From NCBI GenBank assembly GCA_030704615.1, contig CM060733.1, forward strand, positions 51,088,001 to 51,152,000: a stretch of 64,000 nucleotides of DNA. Direction: 5' to 3'. This stretch comes from Takakia lepidozioides (lineage: Eukaryota > Plantae > Bryophyta). Both the position numbers and the translations under genes were made by a program. Numbering within the stretch: position 1 is the first letter of the stretch; the number at the start of each line of letters is the position of its first letter. Shown here one piece after another: positions 11,998-24,700 of this stretch. Below the pieces are notes generated by a model. That model made no database searches. It saw only the letters and a program-made list of their open reading frames with translations, and had not been told where the DNA came from.

Positions 11998-14900
11998 CGA
12001 GAAGAAGTAAACCAGATACAGTCTCTACAAACATTTTGGGGTTGGATGGACCGATTGTCAGTTTTGGGTGGTGGGGGTTGGGGGGGTTTCCAGGTTAACT
12101 TCCTCCACTATTTCGAGGCAGTTTGCTTTGGGAGAGTCTTTTCACGATCAGAAGTCCTCAGCTCGTGGATGCAGGTGTAGTAGCTATGGCGTATCATGCA
12201 GGGTAAGATGACTCTCAAGATGGTGGAAGGAGCTCGGTAAAGCCTGAAGAAAAGAGAATGGAGGGATTACTTGGATATGATAATGGAAATTACACCACTG
12301 CAATGGGGGCTTCTACCCCATTGACGGGACCCCGGACAGAGGAGCTGGTAGGAGGTATCCGCAGAGATCGATGGGGCAAATCGTGTGCTTGGAAAACCAT
12401 ATTGTACAAAAAAAGGCGGATGTCGGTAGCCAGATACAAAGTTGTTGGGGCCGCTGCAAGTTCAGAGTTATTAGGTGTATATAACATTTGAGCTACGCGA
12501 CAATCGCTGTAACTCTTTACAGTGTGTGTACAACATTTCAGAATGTTTTCGGCAGCGAGTAGAATCCCTGCGATGTCGGGAGGGTCAGGTGTCAGTGAAG
12601 GCGCTCTTCACCAACGCAGATTTTGTTCTCGGCGGCGCTGCAATTGGGAGAGACACAGATTTGTGCCGACGACTTCGAGTTATCCCTACCAGCGTCCGGG
12701 AAATAATTTCAGTTGAACCAGCCAGTAGCCGCTCATTCCCAGCAGCAATCGGCTAAGTGGGTTGGGCAGTCGGTTGCTGCCCCTTAGTGGTAACTATCTA
12801 TACCCGGTCAATTTCCGAGATAATTTCTTTACAACCGGTAATATTCCTAATGATTTATTTTGTGTTCAGCTATAAATCCGGCCCTTATAAATATCAACCG
12901 GTTGACAACACAAGTGTCAAATGCACAACAATAAGTAAATAATAATAATAATAAATAATCACAACCAGTTTTAAGCAATTCAAACAAGTGAAGAACATTG
13001 TATCCTTATAGAAGTTGGACCTGTCAATGCCTTCAAACCACATGGAGGCCAAGAATTGAACCCGCGTGGACAGGTGAGCTGTGATAGCAGGCAGCGATTG
13101 CAAGCAGGCGTGGGGCTGGGGCTGCGAGAGCAACGTCCAGACTTAGTAGGGTTTGCCCGCGGGCCCGCCCTCTTTGAGTTCAATATTTTTTCACCTAAAC
13201 GCCCTTCCTTGGATGTAACCCGGCCTGGCACGTTGGATTTCTGCCATGTGGTGGACTTCGACGGCCATTTCCATTTTTTGTAATATAAGAAGGGCCGGAA
13301 TCCGTCCAGGCCTTGCCAACTAAGGCAGATTTCCTGTCTGTAATGAAATGGAAAGGCAAATATCCTTCCTAAAAGTAGGGCACCCGGTTGATTTCCACTT
13401 CGGCCATTTTTTCCCTCGGATCCATTTCCTGAGGTTTCATATTTCATTCGGAAATTCTGGAATTCATTCGGCTAGCATGTAACTGGCTGCCGGTTCTCCC
13501 CGGACGTTGATCCCTACTGTCAAGCACGCCCCCTAGTGTCGGGGTCACTGAATCCATGGTGCCGCGTTCAATTGTCCATCAGAAATTTACAGGTCCGTTC
13601 CGTCTTAACTTGGTCTGCCGACTTACCTAAAAGTTAATTCGTGTCAACTGAGCAAACGTTTTTGGGCAACGTTAAACCACGTACTCAATTCATTCATTGC
13701 AAGGGACTGTTATACAACGAGAAATAGGGGCACTAGGTGCATCATTCCCTTTTTCTTCAATGTAAGGATACCCGACTTAAGTCGAGAAGATGATAAAGTC
13801 ATAACCTCGAAAAAACGAAGTCAATGCAATACACAGTTGTCAGAGAGCACTCTGAAGAGATAATTGAAACACCAACCTCATAGATCTGCAACGGTTATCT
13901 GTCTCTTTTTGGCAATTTTGAAGTTAATAATTCCCACCCTTGCTCCTGTGACAGTGCTTGTGGTGCGAGTCTGCACATAAGCCATCATCCCCTTTGAGGT
14001 GGGCACTTTTTCTTCTTTTTATTTTGAAAGAAAGAAAGGAAGGGGGACACCGAGTTGATGAAATAAAGGGCGCTTTTGCTAATGGCCTAATTGAAGTGGG
14101 AGAGATGCCCGGTTGTTTGGGTCTTCGTTTATCACTATTTACGCCACCACCTTGACGACTCTCTGCCGACATGTCTGACCGCAAATCTCGTTTGTAACTG
14201 GTAGCACAACCCTTGTGCTCATGGAGGAGCTTGTATATATAGTAGCAGTATAAGTTTGCTACTCTCAACGGGTTGGGCTCAGGTCGTCGTGTTGTTTGCC
14301 TCTCAGGAGCTGTGACGCCTAGACTGTACTGATCCATAGATATCCGAGCCATTGCAGCTTCCTTTATCACTCAATACTCAGCTGATCAGGCTCTTGTGTT
14401 TCACTCGAATCACATCCTGCTCCAGGTCTTGAATCTCTGACGATTGATCGCGGCTCAAGTGTTTGTTCTGTTGTTTTCATCTCACAACATCTGTGAGTGT
14501 TATCGTGGACATAGATCTGTCACAGAGGTATTTATCTGCTTGTTTCAAATAGCTAGGCGTATTTATCAATTGCCGGCATGGAATCTGTCGAAGTCGAGGG
14601 AATGGAAGGTATCACCGATGCAGACCAAGCTCACGTTTACTTGAGTGAAGCTTGCGGAGTTGGGCGATGGAACTTTCTTAACTGGGATGATATGTCTTTT
14701 GCACTGAGGCTATCAGTTGTCATTGTCGCCAACGAGAAACCGGAAGGTGTCACTGCGCCAGACTCAGGCGACTCAGGTCACCGCTGCAAAGAACTCCCCT
14801 GCAAAGTGTGCGGAGCTCAACGGCGATGGCCATAGTCTTTACAAATATTGCTACTTGCAGAACCCATAAGTAGCTACGAGTACTAGACCTAAAACGAAAT

Positions 14901-16258
14901 AGGGGACTCGGTGGGGTAGCAATGTAGCCAATTAAGTGCCAGGAAAGAAGCAGGGCTGCCACTTAGGGAATTTTCAACTTCTCCTGTAGCCTTGAGCATT
15001 TGTTTTCCTTCAGGGATCACATACATGATGTAGCTTATATAAAGTTTCCGTCTGGGTAGTACACTTTCAGAAGTCTAGTGTTATGCTGCTGCATAGTACT
15101 GGTATGAAGTACACTTGTAGTACATGTACGGGCCGAGAACAAACCTAGAGAACTCGATATGATAGCCGGCTAGTAGACAGTGATGTACATCGCGCGATGC
15201 TGCCGATCAGATGCATCCCGGTATGATCTTACCAGCCGAGAGGAGAATCAAAACTGTAAGGTATACATGCCGCGATGCTTGATTGAGCAATTTAAAGAGA
15301 CATTATAGACCAAGACTAGTATTGGTACACTTGCTAGTGATGCCGCAACTTATTGACATGATCAGATCGCAGCTCTCATCGGATTAATGTTGTGCGGGAG
15401 TACCAGCAGGTCAGTCGCTTCCAGAGGTAACACAAAACAATATTGTTACCAAACCCGCGGGCAAGCCCGAGCCTAGGCCGATCAGATCAGGCCAACTACA
15501 TTGTTTGAAACATCTGAGTGCGATTCATGCATATTTGAGTCTAGAGAAAATCACCAATGGACTTCAAGATACTTAGCAGCTCTGACGGTCACTATTCATA
15601 AGATTGACGCCTGTCCCCCCCAACTGGGCGCCACAATCTCAACCTGTCTGTTCTCTAGTACCAGCCGTATATATCTACGCTGGGAAATTGCCAATTGGTA
15701 ATGAAGATGGAACTTAGAATCGAGTGGCAGAAGTTGATAGTCCTAGTAACTAAAGTGATCTTAAATTTATTCTCAAATGTTTTCCCTCTAGTCACTGGAG
15801 TATTGCAGTAACTCGTACAACGAGCATGTAAAGGGGGAATACATTCTGTTGATTGTACCGAGAAAGTTCCCTACAGACCTTGATGCAGTCAAAGTGACAG
15901 GTGCCCGCAAGACTGAAGCATGAGGATCAGGGCAGCAAAATTGAAGGCCTTCATTGAACATTTTTCCCATCAAAGGCTATCCCCAAAATGGTCTAGATCA
16001 CAATTAAGGACTCCTAGTTGAGCAAGAAGGGCATTGCCTATCACAGGAGCATGAGCAGAGCATATGGCAGGAAGAACAGGTCCATATTTGGCCTTTCATG
16101 AAGCTCGTGGCAGTGTTGTGGAAGAACACGAAGAATGCTTATCATACCCGCCTTATTAATCAGAATGTTCTACATGCAGCATGCATGTTTATCTCTCTAA
16201 ATAAACGGTGAGTCCAGCTATCCAAATTATGTGTTGACTGCATTTTCGGGGGATTGAG
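11998..16258 (+). repeat. Copy A of a ~4.3 kb local direct duplication (copy B at about 21792-26120)
   Basis: Long collinear blocks are shared. The paired ORFs 13958/23491 are nearly identical, and 14444/23975 and 12522/22933 are also homologous. Each copy has its own insertions. Confidence 0.9.
12690..13509. mobile_element. Non-autonomous hAT element (MITE), 820 bp
   Basis: TIRs CAGCGTCCGGG / CCCGGACGTTG and 8-bp TSD ATCCCTAC (12682-12689, 13510-13517). Copy B has the empty site with a single ATCCCTAC at 23042-23049. Confidence 0.93.
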
Positions 16259-16279
16259 AAATGCAAAAAAAAAAACCAC

Positions 16280-16383
16280 CAGTGGGTAGCTCAGTTGGAT
16301 AGAGCATTGAGTGCCACCGAGGTGATTCTGGGCTCAAACCCTGCTACCTTGTCGGGTGTAGTAGCACTTCTTTACAGTTTAAA
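16280..16383 (+). mobile_element. tRNA-derived SINE-like sequence
   Basis: A box TAGCTCAGTTGG (16287-16298) and B-box-like GGCTCAAACC (16331-16340) at tRNA spacing, next to an A-run. No intact cloverleaf and no clear TSD. Confidence 0.55.
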
Positions 16384-17581
16384 GGAATCTAATTGGTAAA
16401 GAGGGCAACCTGGAGTTCAAATGTGATTTATCTATCTGCAGAGAGTAAGTCGATGGGCCCATACTTGTATCTGCAGTTCCCGAGTCTCCTGCAATTGTTT
16501 GGCTTTCTCCTGTGTAACAGTTGCAGCCGTCTGGGCTTTTGCAAGCAGCTCCATTCGATCCACCACTCTCTTCGTCTCTTCCTCCTGACATGGAGACAGG
16601 ACAACCAAGTGCATGTTGTAAGCCAGTTCCTGCTTTTTCAACCACTTGCAACGCGAAAAACAGGAAAATGAGAGTATCCCAGGTATGAAGAACTACCTTA
16701 CGTTCCATTTCACATCGCAGCCTATTCTCAGCACTTTGGTGCTGTTGTTTCCTTCTCCCCCTTCCCGCCCTCATGGCTAGGTTACAACTGAATGTCTGCC
16801 CCCAAACACCCCCAAAAATCAAAATCAGCTAGAGGCCAGCCAACGCTTAAGCGGCTGTCCCAAGGTGGTAAATGACATGGCCCCACTTGGGCGCCATGTG
16901 CCGCAATGTGGGCACGAAACTTCTAAAGTCCCAGGGTCCCCTAGAACGCATCCACCTAGCCGTTTACCATTCTAACACGGGCAGGCTGTACGAGGAGGAC
17001 AGGTGACTGCACCGGCCGCAGGGAGTGTGGCAGAGGCCGGGACCGCGACCGTGGAGGCAATGAAGACACACACTATGGACTTGTAAATCCAGACGTCTAT
17101 ATTGATTGATGGCTGTCTCTGAATTTTATACACATAATTAGCTTGCTATTGGATTTGGTTTGGTTCTGAACTCCACTCCGCAACCCATCTGGCAATTTAC
17201 TCAAGATCAACAAGATAAAAAGAACGGGTGGGTATGAAAGAGTGGGTACATATTTCAAATTAAAAAACATTTAAACCGAAAAGAACGCTGGTTCGCTGGT
17301 TTGTAAGAGTGATTGTACGGCAGATAAAGTCAATTGTGTGGCGGGGAGGGCTCGTGTGGGAAAGAGAGTGGCAGGCATGTATTGTAGGGCCAGGGCTGAG
17401 GGAGGGGCGCTGTGGAGGGACAAGCCCTGATTGTAGCCAATATATTATGGCCCGGGCCGCGTCAACATGAGTGGCACATCGTTGGAGTTCCCCCATAGGG
17501 CGATGATAGTAATCTCTACTTGGTCGGGGATCGGTCGAAACTTTGACCAGGTGAACGGACGTGTTGCGTGACGTTGATAGG

Positions 17582-18881
17582 GGGGGGCATGCTGGGATAA
17601 GTTGTGGCACATTGAGGGTTGAGGGAGACTCTTAGGGAGGACCCGGAGTATAAATGTGGAGTATAAATGTGGTCACCTGAAAGACCCTTCGACTTTTTGA
17701 AGGAGGAAAATGAGGACTTCCCTGATGAGAGGATTTTGAAGAACAAAGAAAAGAATGCGGGGAACAAGGCCCGAGGCAAAGAACGCGCAAAGACCGTGCT
17801 CGTGCAAATATACTTAACTTACGTATTGAGATAAAGCTTCATAGAGCAAATGGGAAATTAAAAAGAGGATCTATCGCCAATGTACAATAAGGGCATAATT
17901 AGCCGGTCTTTCCAACAGAAAGCCCTTGAGAGCTTTATTGAAGATTATACAAAATTAAAACCCTTACTTAGATCTTAGACCTATGTAATGTTTGTCTCTC
18001 TCTCTATACAAGCTAACACGTCTATAAGATCTTTTGAAATATTTGTCTATCACCAAATGTTGAAAGTAATATCATTGATTTTGTCTCACTCGCAGGTTCT
18101 CCTGTGTTAGGAAACTACGTCCAGCGGACGCCCCGCCGGGCGTGTAGGAACGACCTGACACCGCTGCGCGCCAAGGTCCTACGTTATGGGAACTGCGTTG
18201 AGGCTTTGCATTTGTCATGTGATGAACGAAGGCGGGCCACTTTGCAGGACTTTCACATGGCCGCATACTTTGTGGGGTTGACACTTGACTGTGTCATGGG
18301 TGTCTGTTGGCGGGTATGTGGGTTTTATACCCACCGGCCTGGGCGGTGGGATATTCTTTATGTCTTGATGTCCGTCGGCCCGAGCATAATACGAGAAGAA
18401 GTAAAGGGGGGCATGCAGGGATAAGTTGTGGCACATTGAGGGTTGAGGGAGACTTTTAGGGAGGACCCGGAGTATAAATGTGGTCACCTGAAAGACCTGT
18501 CGACTTTTTGAAGGAGGAAAATGAGGACTTCCTTGATGAGAGGATTTTGAAGAACAAAGAAAAAAATTGCGGGGAACAAGGCCCGAGGCAAAGAACGTGC
18601 AAAGATCCTGCTCATGCAAAGATACTTAACTTACGTATTGAGATAAAGCTTGAGAGAGCAAATGGGAAATTAAAAAGAGGATCTATCGCCAATGTACAAT
18701 GAGGGCATAATTAGCCGGCCTTTCCAACGAAAGCCCTTGAGAGCTTTACTGAAGATTATACAAAATTAGAACCCTTGCTTAGACCTTAGACCTATGTAAT
18801 GTTTGTCTCTCTCTCTCTATACAAGCTAACACGTCTATAAGATCTTTTGAAATATTTGTCTATCACCAAATGTTGAAAGTA
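17582..18881 (+). repeat. Two ~480-bp direct repeats (17582-18068 and 18406-18881)
   Basis: Near-identical blocks from GGGGGGCATGC...GGGATAAGTTGTGG to AAATGTTGAAAGTA, separated by about 340 bp. Confidence 0.9.
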
Positions 18882-19779
18882 CTAAGGTAGCCTACCCTAT
18901 CACCGACCCCTTTCCTAATTCCGCCCCCCACAAAAAAATCCTTAAACCGTCCTTGGCGTCTTTGGCGAACACGCTGGAACCAGGGACGGAATTATGCTAA
19001 AAAATGGACAAAATTTGGTTCATTCCATCCTGTGGATGGATGACATTGTTAATGTTCATTTACACATGACGATGAGTTTTAATGCAATCTATTAAGTGTT
19101 TTTATATTTTAATGACATGAGTTTTTGAACGAGATTGTTCTCACGGCTTCCAAATGTCGAGTTCGGTTCTGCAGACTAATGTCGATGGATATCTGTGTTT
19201 GTAGAGACGACATTGCGTGAATCACAGCTTACGATTTGTTTTTGCTCAACAGTGTCACGAGATTACAAAGTTTGCATGATGGATCATATTCTTCATTCTC
19301 ACGATATTGCAGAGTAGAGGTCGCAAGTTATGTACTTCACTGTCACGCTGCTGTAGATTAGAGGTCACAATCCTAAACTTATTCGATGTGGTCTTAGATT
19401 TGGTCTTAAGTTTCTCGGCTCTAGTCCAACGTCTACTCTCTCGTTGTAGAAATAAATTCAACAACTTTCACTCCTTACAGATCTACCTCTCAAGTCAGTA
19501 GGCACTCTATCCGTTCTTTGCACTATAGGGACACCGACGATGTCAGTTACGCACCTCTATCTCCACATAGGATCTCTCACTCCAACATGAGTCAATTGCC
19601 TGATCTCAGCAACAATGACGTATATGGAATGCAATTTGCACAAACACAGAGTCAGTTTGACACACCAATTCCAGATGCAATCTGTGACCAACGTTCAGCC
19701 ACACCATTTAGAGATTTGACCAATCAATCTCCCCCCTTGCCTGCAAACTCAAATCCATGTCACGACTTGCTACCTCGAA

Positions 19780-21425
19780 ACAGATCAAAGAAGAAAAGAG
19801 GACAATGGTCAAGCGAGGATTTGGAACACGCCATGAATGCTACAGAGGAAGGTATGGAGCTTAAGAAATCTGCTCATTTGTGGGGTATCCCTCCCTCGTC
19901 CCTTCCAGAACACCTCACAGGAAAAACGTCGTCAAGTGTTGGGGCAAGCAATGGATCTCAATTGCTTGACCTAGATTATCAGCTTGGCTATGGCTGAGCA
20001 ACACAGAGTGCGGAGTGCACTTCCCTTGTTGGTCTCTCTGCCCACCGAGACGGTACAGGCAGTGAGTGGGGGCGAGCATGTGAGGACCACAGGGTGTAGG
20101 CATCCATGGCACACGTGGGAGGTGCTCGAGGTTCAGAGGGAGGTTGCAGCCAAGGTGGCGGTGATGGATGGGGCTGGGGATTTTTCTCAGGTTGAGGAAG
20201 TCCTCGAGGATGAGATGATGGGCAAGATGAGGCCTTGTCATTGTGATGAAAGCGGTGTCCAGGCTGGACGCACAAGTGGTGTTAGAATTATAACAAAACA
20301 AGGTACACATTACGTCTATGGCCTTATTCCCAAAGCAAGAGAGTGGATGTTTGTCTTAGCTTGCATCAATGCTGCAGGTTATTCCATGCCAGGGTTCTAC
20401 ATCTTTAACCTTTAAGTTCCCAAGCGACCTGAATCGGGTCACTTTGAATTTGCAGTTCGACCTAATTTTTGCAGATCTAATCTGATGGGGCCCACTCCTG
20501 AAGCTTTAATGACAAGGGATTTGTCTTAAGTATGATGCAAAAAACAAAATTAAGAAAAAACAAAAGCTTCGACCTACAAAAAAATATCTTAGATCTCTCA
20601 TTTACGTTTTGGGGCCTGAAAAGGGCTTGTTGACCGCTGACGTGGCAAGTAAAGAAGCCCAAAACAGATTGCACTCCAAAGGCCATTTTTGGCAGAAAAT
20701 GAGCAATTTTGGAAAAAGCACTTCACCTTGTGGTGTGTGAGCATTACATACACACATCCACCATTGGCTTTTAAAAAATTTGTAGAAAAAAAAGTACTTC
20801 ATTTGGAGGCACATTTTCTCTTGTCAATTTTGAGATTTCTAACCCTATGTAATTGCATGCAAAGCAAGCATAGATGAAAAAATCAGTTGGCCCTGCAATT
20901 TAGTGGGGTCATAGCCACTCCACTATTGATTTGGAAATGGTGGGTCTTGCGGCAAGTAAAATTGGATAAAGCTAGGTTTTAATTTGGTCAAACCAATTTT
21001 TTTCTCACTTTTTCTTTGGGACCTGATATTTGAGGTCCGGGCCAACGTTATAATCTCACAATTTCCACGGTAGACTTGGCTCATTTTTTGGTATGTCATG
21101 CATAAATGAGCTGGGCCCATTGCTATAAGGCTGGAATCTCTGGATGATTTTTGGTAGGTTTCTAGGGGCAATTTACTGCAGCTGGGTACCCAAAATTGGT
21201 AAAAAGTCAAAAAAGGGCTTGGGAACTCAAGGGTTAAGGGAAAGCGAACAATGAGAAATTATATCCAAAAGTGTGAATCAGGCGCCACCATGGGTATGCA
21301 AGAGAAAGCTTGGATGAACAAGGTTTTATTCAAAGCTTGGTTGTCTCATTTTGTTCAAAATGCCCCTCGAGGTGTTTCACCCAGCAATAGACATTTGCTA
21401 ATTCTTGATGGCCATGGATCCCATG
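19780..21425 (+). pseudogene. pogo/Fot1-like (Tc1/mariner superfamily) transposase relic: psq-type HTH plus DDE-1 domain
   Basis: KKKRGQWSSEDLEHAM...SAHLWGIPPSSL (psq-like HTH). CDESGVQAG...LACINAAGYSMPGFYIF|KGKR...KAWMNKVLFKAWLSHF...HLLILDGHGSH reads contiguously once 20409-21237 is removed. Confidence 0.85.
20409..21233. mobile_element. Non-autonomous piggyBac-type element (TTAA-specific), 825 bp
   Basis: TTAA TSD (20405-20408, 21234-21237) and 17-bp TIRs CCTTTAAGTTCCCAAGC / GCTTGGGAACTCAAGGG (2 mismatches, CC...GGG termini). Excision restores the host transposase frame YIF-KGKR. Confidence 0.85.
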
Positions 21426-21791
21426 GGCCCACATGTGACCCTCCAAGTGCTCACTATGATTATGCCACGTTCTGATTATGGTTATTGTCAGGTTAGAATA
21501 ACATTCATTACACTGTTTAACTACATGTTGACTTTTACACTTCATAGTTTTTGTGTAAATAAAAACACGTTAGGCAAGTATTTTAAAGACGACTCAGTCA
21601 TAGCATAATATCTTTGGCAAGACTTTGCAGGACTTTCACACCGACGCATACTTTGTGGGGTTGACACTTGACAAAAGGATGAGCTAAAGGACTAGCTCAT
21701 CCGTGTGTCATGGGTGTCTGTTGGCAGGTACGTGGATTTTATACCCACCGGCTCTGGGATATTCTTGATGTCTGTCGGCCTGAGCATAATA

Positions 21792-24700
21792 CGAGAAGAA
21801 GTAAACCAGAAACAGTCTCTACAAACATTTTGGGTTGGGTTATTGTAAGTTGTTGGGTGGTGGGGGGTTTCCAGGTTAACTTCCTCCACAGTTTCGAGGC
21901 AGTTTGCTTTGGGAGATTTTTCACCATCAGAAGTCCTCAACTCGTGGATGCGGCTGACACAGGTCTCGCCAAATTTAGTAGTAGCTATATCATGCAGGGT
22001 AAGATGACTCTCAAGATGGTGGAGCGGTAAAGCCAAAGAAATGACGATGGAGGGATTAATAGGATATAATAATGGAGAGAGGAGTTGGTAGGAGGTATCC
22101 GCAGAAGATGGATGGGGCCAATGGTGTGAACTTGGAAAAACATATTGTACAAAAGAAAGGGGCATGTCGGTAGCAAGATACAAAGTTGTTGAGGCCGCTG
22201 CAACTTCAGAGCTGGGTGTATAACATTTGAGCGACGCGACAATCGCTGTTACTCTTTGCTGTAGTGAGGTGTGTGTACAACATTTCACAATGTTTTTGGC
22301 AGCGAATACCGTCCCTGGACAACCGTTTAGGCATTTTTGTGCTAATAATAAAATCAATCAATCAATAAATTAGGCATGTTTTGAAAATAGTTTCTAAAAT
22401 TAGACATCTTCATGCTATAATTTTTTAGAATTAGGCACATGAGAAGAGAAAACATTTATTTTCTTAAGAATAAATTACAAAATAGACACCCAATGCCCAT
22501 GGGCCCTTCCACGCTCTAGCTACCTTTCATTTCCTTTGAAACCCTAAAAATGCCCCTCTTTGTTGTAAGCGGTGCTCCAAGGCTCAAGGCAAGCTCTCCC
22601 TTTGCTCTCACACTTTAGGGGAGTTCAATATTGATAGTCCACACTAGTGTAGGCACGTTGGTACAAGGCTTTAGTACATTGGGTAGGCACGCTGGTTCAT
22701 GGCTTTGATACATTGGTCATTGGGTACACTGGTTTTCATATTGGTATGATACTCTTGAGTTGTGGCTAGTTATTTCCGCACTCATATATTTGTATCGATT
22801 TTTGTTCCAAAATTTTGATCTTATTACAAACAACATGAGAAGAGGCTTGCAAGTTTTTTGGTGAAATTTTTGGGCACTTTGGTCCCATAATTTCCCAACA
22901 ATTAGGCCAAAGTCAGGGACAGAATCCCTGCGGTGTCGGGAGGGTCAGGTGTCAGTGAAGGCGCTCTTCACCTACGCAGATTTTGTTCTCGACGGCGCCG
23001 CAATTGGGAGAGACACAGATTTGTGCCGATGACTTCGAGTTATCCCTACTGTCAAGCACGCCCCCTAGTGTCGGGGTCACTGAATCCATGGTGCCGCGTT
23101 CAATTGTCCATCAGAAATTTACAGGTCCGTTCCGTTTTACTTGGACTGCCGACTTACCTAAGTTAGTTCGTGTCCACTGATGAGGAAACGTTTTTGGGCA
23201 ACGCTAAACCATGTACTCAATTGCAAGGGACTGTTATACAACAAGAAATAGGGGCACTAGGTGCATCATTCCCTTTTCCCCGAAAGATGATGTCCATCAT
23301 TCTCGTGCTTAAGTCGAGAAGATGATAAAGTCATAACCTCCAGAAAACGAACGAAGTCAATGCACAATACAAAGTTGTTAGAGAGCACTCTGAAGAGCAT
23401 TAAAACACACCTCATAGATCTGCAACGGTTATCTGTCCCTTTGGGCAATCTTGAAGTCAATATTTCCAACCCTTGCTCCTGTGACAGTGCTTGTGGTGTG
23501 AGTCTGCACATAAGCCATCATCCCCTTTGAGGTGGGCACTTTTTCTTCTTTTTATTTTGAAAGAAAGAAAGGGAGGGGGACACCGAGTTGATGAAATAAA
23601 GGGCGCTTTTGCTAATGGCCTAATTGAAGTGGGAGAGATGCCCGGTTGTTTGGGTCTTCGTTTATCACTATTTACGCCACCACCTTGACGACTCTCTGCC
23701 GACATGTCTGACCGCAAATCTCGTTTGTAACTGGTAGCACAACGTGCTCATGGAGGAGCTTGTATATATGGTAGCAATATGTTTGCCCTCTCAACGGTTT
23801 GGGGTCGGGTCGTCGTGTTGTTTGCCTCTCAAGAGCCGTGACGACTAGACTGTACACTGATCCAGAGATATCCGAGCCATTGCAGCTGCTTCCTTTACCA
23901 CTCCATGCTCAGCGGATCAGGCGCTTGTGTTTCACTCGAATCACATCCTGCTCCAGGTCTTGAATCTCTGACGATTGATCGCGGCTCAAGTGTTTGTTCT
24001 GTTGTTTTCATCTCACAACATCTGTGAGTGTTATCGTGGACATAGATCTGCCACAGGGGTATTTATAAGCTGCTTGTCTCAAATAGCTAGGCGTATTTAT
24101 CAGTTGTCGGCATGGCATCTGTCAAAGTCAAGGGAATGGAAGGTAGCACTGACCAAGCTCACGTCTACTTCAGTATCCCCTGTGAAGCTTGTGGAGTTGG
24201 GCGATGTAACTTTCTTAACGGGGATGAGATGACTTTCGCATTGAGGCTATCCTTTACCTCCGGCACGCAGATTCTCAACGACAAGCTGGACGATGTGGCA
24301 GATCCCACTCACATCTGCAGGAGTATCCCACGTGAAGAGTGCGGAGCGAACTGGATCGACTGGCAGCACATGCCAACTGACCTGCAGTTTTGTGCTTATG
24401 TTTTTTCTATAGTGTGTGTCAATCTAAATGTTTGTTTCACAGCAAGTTCATCAGTTGTCATTGTCGCCAACGAGAAACCGGAGGGTGTCACTGCTCCAGA
24501 CTCAGGTCACCGCTGCACAGAACTCCCCTGCAAAGAGTGCGAAGCTCATAAGCGATGGCCATAGTCTTTACAAATATTGCTACTTGCAAACCCATAAGTA
24601 GCTACGAGTACTAGACCTTCACTCTGAGTCAGAAACCCTGAAACGAAATAGGGGACTCGGTGGGGTAGCAATGCTAACGGGAGTGGTTTATTCACGAGGC

